Assembly: GCA_040768225.1 (NCBI GenBank)
Contig: JAXGMZ010000001.1
Span: 346,591 to 410,590, forward strand
Direction of reading: 5' to 3'
Length of the DNA: 64,000 bases
Source: Evtepia sp.
GTDB taxonomy: Bacteria; Bacillota; Clostridia; Oscillospirales; Oscillospiraceae
In this document: piece by piece, positions 57,830 through 64,000 of the stretch
How positions within the stretch are numbered: position 1 is the stretch's first letter
Layout: the number at the start of each line of letters is the position of its first letter
Notes under the pieces: model-generated
The model's input: only the letters and a program-made list of their open reading frames with translations
Told to the model about the DNA's origin: nothing
Databases searched by the model: none
Program-made: the position numbers and the translations under genes

Positions 57830-58088
57830 GATAGATTTCCTCCAGACCGTCAAACACTTCCTCCAGCGTGTAGGTCGGTACGCCAGCAAGGCGGCTGGCC
57901 TCCGCGGCCTCAAGTCTGGCGCGCAAGCGGTGGAGTTCTTCCCGGCGTTCGAATGCGCCTATGCTCATCACGACCAGATCGCCCTCGCCGTTCTTGGTGA
58001 TATAGATGGGCTCCTGCTCTTTATGTGCCAGCTCGGAAATGACACCATAGTCATTGCGCAAGCTGGTTGAGGATTTGATAATCATCAT
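57813..58088 (-). CDS. Phd/YefM-family antitoxin
   Basis: IKSSTSLRNDY...EPIYITKNGEGDLVVMS; overlaps the toxin start. Confidence 0.9.
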   Translation of the reverse strand: MMIIKSSTSLRNDYGVISELAHKEQEPIYITKNGEGDLVVMSIGAFERREELHRLRARLEAAEASRLAGVPTYTLEEVFDGLEEIYRDDTV

Positions 58089-58161
58089 TCAGCCTTCCTC
58101 TCATTCAGAATTCTGATATTATTATACCCGAATCCTGCCCGATATGCAACCTACTTTTAAA

Positions 58162-59355
58162 TTATACCGAAACCGCTTGCAGTAGCTCCTGACCAATCTG
58201 CCGCCAGTCCTCCCACATACTCTCGTCCAAGTTTGCGAACAGATCCTCGGTGGAAAAAATCTCCACATAGCAGAACTGCAGATAGCGGATACGGATGCTC
58301 CTGCGCCGGATGCCGTCCTCCTTTTGAATGGGGCCCACCTCGATGCTGTGAATCAGCTCGTTGAGGATGGACTGGTTGAGACCGGTGATGTCCTTGTAAG
58401 CGGCGATCATCTCCATAAACTGTTCGCTCTCACTCTGGCGCTTCTGCTGTTCGGCCAACTCCTGCTTGATGGCGGTATGCCGCCCCTTCAGCTCGGCCTG
58501 CTCGGCTTCGTATTTCCTGAGCAGGGCGTCGAAGCGTTCGCGGGAGATGCGCCCAAGGGCGCTGTCCTCATACAGTCTGCCGATGACGGTGTCCAGCTCG
58601 CTGATGCGGGAATCTACCGTCTTAAAGGCTTTCTCAGCTTCCCGCAGTTTTTTTGTAAGCGCCCCCGAAGCTTCACTCCTGAGTCGACGCAGCATGTACT
58701 GATCCATTCCGGCCGCCGCTTTCGCCCTGCGCCGTATGTCGTGAAGCACCACATCGTAGAGCTCGTCGTAGCGGATGTAGTGGGAGGAGCAGTAGTCCTT
58801 GCCCTTGACATTGTACTGGCTGCATTGGTAATAGGGATTGCCGCCGTTCTTGGTATAGGCCAGTGCGTAGCCGCAGTCGAGGCATTTCACAAGCCCCGCG
58901 AACATCTGCATGGCACCCTGATCGTCACTTCGCTTTCGCACCTTGATTTTCTCGTGGGCCAAATCCCACGTCCGCTGGTCAATGATAGCTTTATGCATAT
59001 CAGCGGTTACAATCCACTCTTCCTCTGGCTGATGGATAATCTGCTTGTCCTTAAAGGAGCGGGTTGTTCGTCGTCCGCTGACAACCTTGCCCAGATAGGT
59101 GGGGTTGTGGAGGATGGTCTTGACAGAGGAGGAATGCCAGTCGTGGGGCTGTTTCCAGTAGTCGCTGCCCGCATGATGCTCCGGGTCCTTTTCGTTGGTG
59201 TAGGCGGTGGGATTGGGGATGCCCTCATCCCGCAGCCTACGACAGATGGCCTTGTAGCCCAGCCCGTCACAGGCCAGTTGAAAGATGTACCGAATCACCT
59301 CCGCCGCCTCCGGATCGACCAGAAGATGATATTTATCCGCCGGGTCTTTAATATA
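58162..59355 (-). pseudogene. Large serine recombinase (TnpX/TndX-like) lacking the N-terminal catalytic domain
   Basis: Begins at YIKDPADKYHLLVDPEAAEV after an in-frame stop; recombinase domain (ILHNPTYLG), Zn ribbon (FAGLVKCLDCG), coiled coil; no resolvase domain. Confidence 0.85.
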
Positions 59356-59361
59356 ACGTAA

Positions 59362-60354
59362 TTATGGAATACAGCTAAATAAATTGAGCTGCTGTGGCTC
59401 ATGGCGGCTTCGTTCCTGCAAATCGTAGTTGGCGAGGATGATTTCGGAAAACTGCGCTCCATTGTCGTACCGCTGCTTGATGTTGTTGATGCGGGTAAAG
59501 GCTTTGATCTGAATGCCCGGCGCATCGTACAGGTCCCGGATAAAGGCGCAGTCATTGTAAGAGAGTAAAAATTTTCCCTCGATGCTCATCAGAGCGTCCC
59601 GCAGGCGGATATGATCCTCCCTGCCAAAGCCGTCCTCGCCCACGTTTTTGTAATAGCTCTCGGTTTCAAAATACGGTGGATCGAGATAGAAAAAGCTCAC
59701 CGGGCGGTCATACTGTCGGATGAGCTTTTCAAAGTCCTTATTTTCAATAACCACCTTGGCAAGCCGCCGATGAGCCTGCTCGATGAGCGAGAAATTAGTG
59801 CGGATATCGTGGGGCTGGCTGCCGTAGCTGGTAAGCCCCGAGGCATATACCACACCGTAGGGCGTGATGATCCCATCCTCATTCAACAGAAGGGAAAGGG
59901 CTACTTTACGAAAATCGACTGTTTGAAGCTCATCGGCAGTGAGGCCGCCGTGGAGATTCATGTAATGCGAGCGTCCGACAGCCTCCAGGTCTGTAAAATC
60001 CTGAACGACCGTCACGCCCTGACAGCAGAAGGTCAGGTTGATAAAATCCGTCATATCGGAAAATTCCTGGCTGACGGCGGCTCCCTGAAACTGCGCAAGC
60101 TCATATCGGTCAAAGCTCTCAAGCCGTTTGGCGAGATAGTCCAGCTCATCCACGTTGATTTCGGTTTCCTGTAGTCGTTTGAGGACGGGATAATCGCCGT
60201 CAAGCTCCGTCACAAAGCAGTCACGGATGGCAATGTGTCCGATCCCGATGTCTGCCAGATTTTGATAGATTTCGGAGTAGCTTGTAATGGGAAATTCGAT
60301 GGAAACTGGGGGAATATCCGGCCTCTGACGGTTTGATAGAATAGCACGAATCAT
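59362..60354 (-). CDS. In-frame chimera: clostridial ICE ArdA-like N-terminus + C-terminal half of a Dam/D12-class adenine methyltransferase
   Basis: N-half VDELDYLAKRLESF..DFINLTFCC..TPYGVVY; C-half VVIENKDFEKLIRQYD..FFYLDPPY..FLLSYND; junction at about 59843-59848. Confidence 0.7.
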   Translation of the reverse strand: MIRAILSNRQRPDIPPVSIEFPITSYSEIYQNLADIGIGHIAIRDCFVTELDGDYPVLKRLQETEINVDELDYLAKRLESFDRYELAQFQGAAVSQEFSDMTDFINLTFCCQGVTVVQDFTDLEAVGRSHYMNLHGGLTADELQTVDFRKVALSLLLNEDGIITPYGVVYASGLTSYGSQPHDIRTNFSLIEQAHRRLAKVVIENKDFEKLIRQYDRPVSFFYLDPPYFETESYYKNVGEDGFGREDHIRLRDALMSIEGKFLLSYNDCAFIRDLYDAPGIQIKAFTRINNIKQRYDNGAQFSEIILANYDLQERSRHEPQQLNLFSCIP

Positions 60355-61049
60355 CTTTTCACCTCCAAAACATCTGATCCAAACCGGGCAATGAGCATAG
60401 CGCCCACCAGAACCGCTAGCAGGGGATCTGAAATGAGCTCATCATCGGCCAGCTCGGAAACAGTGACTTTCGCCTGCCTTGTGGAGAGCGTTCTTGCCAT
60501 CTGAAAAAGCGTATAGCCATCTGTGCCAATCCCACTGAGCTTGATATGTTCAAAGTGGATGGCATCTTTATTGACGGAGTTTTTTGCAATTCGCCAGAGC
60601 TTTTCATCTGCCGTTAACAGGAACAGAGCGGCGATGTGACAATCGGCGGTTTTGCCAAGCAGGATTCGCAGGCTATTTTTCGCAAGCTCAAAGCGCTGTC
60701 GATGGAGGCTGTCTTTGAACAGGCTGCCGCAAAATTTCTTTGTGAGACGCTGAAGCCTAATCTGAAAGTCCTTGTCATTCATATCGCAGAAGCATTCTCC
60801 CAGCAGTTCTCCATAGCTTATGTTGCCGGCCTCCAGTCTCTCTGCCAGCCATGGACAGCGCTCCGCGCCGCATTTTTTCTTTTGCCACTCTGTGCAGTCA
60901 CGGCAATCGGTGGATTCCTTTGTATAACGAAATCGGTTTAGAATCGCCAGCCCGCTTTGACGTTTTCGGAAAAATGGCGGCAACATCATGGAGACCTCAA
61001 GCCCCGCCAGATTGGTATCTCTCATAAAGTATCTGGACATTCTTCTCAT
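60351..61049 (-). CDS. Conserved clostridial mobile-element hypothetical protein with Cys cluster
   Basis: DCRDC..C..ERCPW; AALFLLTADEKLW..GYTLFQMAR. Confidence 0.75.
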   Translation of the reverse strand: MRRMSRYFMRDTNLAGLEVSMMLPPFFRKRQSGLAILNRFRYTKESTDCRDCTEWQKKKCGAERCPWLAERLEAGNISYGELLGECFCDMNDKDFQIRLQRLTKKFCGSLFKDSLHRQRFELAKNSLRILLGKTADCHIAALFLLTADEKLWRIAKNSVNKDAIHFEHIKLSGIGTDGYTLFQMARTLSTRQAKVTVSELADDELISDPLLAVLVGAMLIARFGSDVLEVKR

Positions 61050-61071
61050 CCTTTCTTTTGCCCTGAGAACA

Positions 61072-61118
61072 AAAAAAGGCGGAGTCTACACGGTCTGTGT
61101 GACCGCGGACTCCGCCTT
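61072..61118 (-). terminator. Intrinsic terminator
   Basis: Minus strand aaggcggagtccgcggtcacacagaccgtgtagactccgcctttttt. Confidence 0.7.
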
Positions 61119-61137
61119 GAGATAGGGCTTATTCTTG

Positions 61138-61809
61138 TTACATGGATTGCTCCTGGGCTTTTCGGAACTGCTGTTCTGTCATCTCATAAATCTGTCTGTT
61201 AATATCGGGGATGAGCGCTTCAATCTGTGTCTGGATGCCGGAGAGCTGCTCTGCCTCCGCATCGCTTAGCTCATATCCAGCCTCAAAGGTGTCGTTTACA
61301 CTTTGGTAGATGTCCATGAGCTGCTTGTCGCTGAATAGCCGCTGTTCATCGATCAGGCCGGAGCGGATGGCAAAGTCCTGCTTTGCATCCAAGTAATTGT
61401 CCAGATAGTAGTGCCCCCACATCACTCCGGTTCCATCATAGTCGCGCTCCCATGTGACGAATTGATAGCCATGCTGGGTTTCCCGGCCAACGAGGACGGC
61501 TCCGTTAAATTCGGCAAGCAGCCGGAATTCCTCGTCCAGTGCCACGGCTTCGAGCAAGGGTGACTTTTCCATCGCCGTCATATATTCTTTTACCATGGTG
61601 GCGATGGGTGCTGCCTTGAAGTATAAATCACTGGCTTCCGGGCTGTCCAAGTCGCCGGGAAACTTGCATAATTCTCCGCTGGGGCCTACTCGACAGGCGG
61701 GATGTGTACCAAGCAGAATGGGGAGGGTGTTTTTTTCCGGAGGCGCTGTCTGGATTTCATTCTTTCCAAGCACTCGGCAAAGCTCTGCAAAGTATCTTTT
61801 CGTATCCAT
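61138..61809 (-). CDS. Clostridial ICE-type hypothetical protein, first gene of the element
   Basis: QFVTWE..G..WGHYY..NY..AKQDFAIRSGLI motif; RBS gaaaggag. Confidence 0.8.
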   Translation of the reverse strand: MDTKRYFAELCRVLGKNEIQTAPPEKNTLPILLGTHPACRVGPSGELCKFPGDLDSPEASDLYFKAAPIATMVKEYMTAMEKSPLLEAVALDEEFRLLAEFNGAVLVGRETQHGYQFVTWERDYDGTGVMWGHYYLDNYLDAKQDFAIRSGLIDEQRLFSDKQLMDIYQSVNDTFEAGYELSDAEAEQLSGIQTQIEALIPDINRQIYEMTEQQFRKAQEQSM

Positions 61810-61838
61810 ATGTGTGTTCTCCTTTCGTTTTTCTGTGA

Positions 61839-62961
61839 CTTGAATTTACAATGTAAGTGCAACAGCAGAAAAAAGAAATGACTCAGAGCAAGGAATCCGA
61901 TACCATAGTGTTTGTGAGGACAACTATGGGAGGAAGCCAAGACAATGAGTCATTATCATCATCTTAGCATAACCGAAAGAGAAAAGATACTTGTGCTGCG
62001 CACAGAAGGAAAAAGCTTACGGACGATATCAGCGGAAATTGGGCGTTCAGTGTCAACAGTGACGCGGGAAATCAAACGTAACAGTCGCCCTGATGAAAGC
62101 TACTCTGCGGTAGAAGCGCACAGAAAATACTGTAAACGTCGAAAAAAATGCAGGCGTCATAAGTTGCTTTCAGATGTGGGATTGATGGAAACAGTAAAGC
62201 GTCTGTTTCTTGAACTGCAATGGTCGCCGGAACAAATCTCAAATCGCCTTCTTTATGAAAACAGCATGTTCAAAATCAGCTATTCGACGATCTATCGGGC
62301 AATTTACGCGGGATTGTTTGACACTCCTGAGCAACGGCATTCCAAAGGAAACCGAGGTGCAATCAGAAAGCTACGCCATCGCGGAAAGACAAGGCGGCGC
62401 AGAGGGACGATAGAAACCAGGGGGAAGATTGTTATCAGCAACCGGATCCAGGAGCGGCCAAAAGAAGCGGAGGGGCGTCAAGTCATCGGTCATTGGGAAG
62501 CCGATACTCTGGCAGGGAAAACAGGTTCCGCCTGTCTTGTAACCATTACAGACAGGTGCAGCCGCTATCTGCTGGCCGGAAAGGTTGCAAAGAGATATTC
62601 TGCTTCGGTTGCTGAAAAAATGATTACTTTGCTTTCCGCTCTGCCTAAGAAGAAACTAAAAAGTATCACCCCTGACCGGGGTAAAGAGTTTTCCAAGCAT
62701 AGTTCTGTAACACAGGCACTGAAGGGATTGCAGTTTTACTTCCCAGACCCTCACGCTCCTTGGCAGCGTGGAACAAATGAGAACACCAATGGCCTGCTCA
62801 GAGAATATCTGCCGAAATCCTTCGATATCGCTCTTTCTTCTGATAGCGACATCAAGAACTTCATGAACAAACTAAATTTCAGACCCCGCAAATGCTTAGC
62901 TTGGAAATCCCCTCATGAAGTCTTTTTTAATCAAGTGTTGCTTTTGACTTGACAATTCAAG
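61839..62961 (+). mobile_element. IS30-family element, copy 2 (1123 bp)
   Basis: Same IRs and length as copy 1; 2-bp target duplication GA. Confidence 0.95.
61945..62952 (+). CDS. IS30-family transposase (protein identical to copy 1)
   Basis: Identical 335-aa translation. Confidence 0.97.
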   Translation: MSHYHHLSITEREKILVLRTEGKSLRTISAEIGRSVSTVTREIKRNSRPDESYSAVEAHRKYCKRRKKCRRHKLLSDVGLMETVKRLFLELQWSPEQISNRLLYENSMFKISYSTIYRAIYAGLFDTPEQRHSKGNRGAIRKLRHRGKTRRRRGTIETRGKIVISNRIQERPKEAEGRQVIGHWEADTLAGKTGSACLVTITDRCSRYLLAGKVAKRYSASVAEKMITLLSALPKKKLKSITPDRGKEFSKHSSVTQALKGLQFYFPDPHAPWQRGTNENTNGLLREYLPKSFDIALSSDSDIKNFMNKLNFRPRKCLAWKSPHEVFFNQVLLLT

Positions 62962-63096
62962 GAAAATAAAAAAGGCCCGTACATTTCTGTACGGACCTCA
63001 GATCACCTTTGAATTTTATCAAGTGTCCAGTCTTTTTACTTATGGTAGTGTATGAAAAAACCACAAGGCTTTTTTGGCCTTGTGGTTTATCATTTT

Positions 63097-63172
<76 letters not shown>

Positions 63173-63263
63173 ATGTGTTGGAAAGCCCTGTGTTTATGCG
63201 GGTTTCCGGGTTTTTCAATTTTCGGACTGTCTCTCTTTTGTGGGGCTGCACACCGGATAGCTT

Positions 63264-63288
63264 GCTCTCCCAGCTGCGCCACGCCCCC
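63264..63288 (-). repeat. Duplicated 5' fragment (nt 1-25) of tRNA-Ala
   Basis: GGGGGCGTGGCGCAGCTGGGAGAGC, 24/25 identical to the tRNA 5' end, 116 bp upstream of it. Confidence 0.85.
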
Positions 63289-63365
63289 AGATTCTATTAG
63301 GCATCAAACACGCCGACATTCACGCAATACAGATCACGCCGCGCAGCATTGTTAAACGCTTGTAC

Positions 63366-63394
63366 ATAGTACCAAATTCAACGATAAATGTCAA
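63366..63394 (-). promoter_or_regulatory. sigmaA promoter for tRNA-Ala
   Basis: TTGACA-17-TACTAT. Confidence 0.85.
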
Positions 63395-63573
63395 CCTCAA
63401 AATCACAGGAAATCAAAACTTGCTCTAATTTGACTTTTGCGCGAAAAATAGCTCTGTTGTCAACCCGTTCTTGATCACAACAGAGCTATTTCGAAAACCG
63501 TTTCGTCAAAACATCATCGTCTCGCGCGGGGGCACGCAGCCGCCACGCGGGCAGCCCGCCTCCCCCAACTGCT

Positions 63574-63729
63574 TCACAGGCCGATCGAGTCGATCGCGCT
63601 GTCCACAGTGCGCTTTGCGCGGTTGACCTTCCGCTTGATCTGCTTCTCCTCCGATTTGAGTTTCACGCCCAGCAGCGTGCCCGCGGCAACGCCAACACCG
63701 ACGCCCTTCCAGAAATTCTGCATATTCAT
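63574..63729 (-). CDS. Small 51-aa membrane-anchored protein (YtxH-like architecture)
   Basis: MNMQNFWKGVGVGVAAGTLLGVKLKSEEKQIKRKVNRAKRTVDSAIDSIGL; RBS aaaggggg; below the ORF-track cutoff. Confidence 0.65.
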   Translation of the reverse strand: MNMQNFWKGVGVGVAAGTLLGVKLKSEEKQIKRKVNRAKRTVDSAIDSIGL

Positions 63730-63829
63730 CAGTCACTTCCCCCCTTTACCAGGAACTTGGTCTTGCTCAGCTATATTATACCCAGTTTTCTCAATAATCC
63801 CTTGCTAAATAATGAGAATTCCTTTCTAA

Positions 63830-63858
63830 TTGCCAGCATCCTCTGTTTGTGCTATAAT
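63830..63858 (+). promoter_or_regulatory. sigmaA promoter for a gene beyond the window
   Basis: TTGCCA-17-TATAAT with extended TG. Confidence 0.7.
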
Positions 63859-64000
63859 TACTACAAAATGTGATTAGACAGAGACGGAGCCGCCCGAGCA
63901 ATCCGGCTGCCGAAAGGCCTCTTCACACGGCAGAGACGATGCGCCCTGCACCACGCTGGGCGCTTTGGAGCGCGCTGCTTCCTGCGCGCTCTCCTGCTCT

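Noticed and set aside
56155-62961. Composite transposon formed by the two IS30 copies
   Set aside because: Each copy has its own target duplication (AA/AA, GA/GA); the outer flanks do not match.
63808-63822. Third switch site (aataatgagaattcc)
   Set aside because: Only one arm plus the spacer match; the second TTATGT arm is absent.

Overview
High-GC spore-forming Clostridia (Oscillospiraceae/Ruminococcaceae-like) chromosome in three zones. (1) 1-16.5 kb, core genes: SLH-polysaccharide deacetylase, EamA, metY, comEA-response regulator-kinase-GerMN, D-Ala-D-Ala carboxypeptidase, cobB, fumC, malic enzyme, carD, ppa, NADP-dependent secondary alcohol dehydrogenase, tRNA-Gly. (2) 16.7-41 kb, a cluster of SLH/stalk-anchored surface proteins and lipoproteins with two membrane-bound LuxR regulators, a shared CTACC-N6-GGTAG box, a solute-binding protein plus GGDEF/EAL pair, and a tandem gamma-carbonic-anhydrase-like protein whose Zn-ligand histidines are split complementarily between its two domains. 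(3) 41-63 kb, a lower-GC accessory mosaic ending at tRNA-Ala(GGC): an ACGX radical-SAM RiPP locus, an ars remnant, an orphan c-di-GMP-I aptamer and two tandem decayed integrative elements, each hit separately by the same IS30. Best candidate for a new system: a 279-bp invertible promoter cassette (54142-54420). It is bounded by perfect 20-bp dif-like inverted repeats, abuts its own XerD-like recombinase, and holds a sigmaA promoter that currently points away from an MCP-cheW-(PAS/GGDEF/HD-GYP) locus, i.e. a predicted phase-variable chemosensory/c-di-GMP switch in the OFF state. Family assignments come from motif recognition by eye; no database searches were run.
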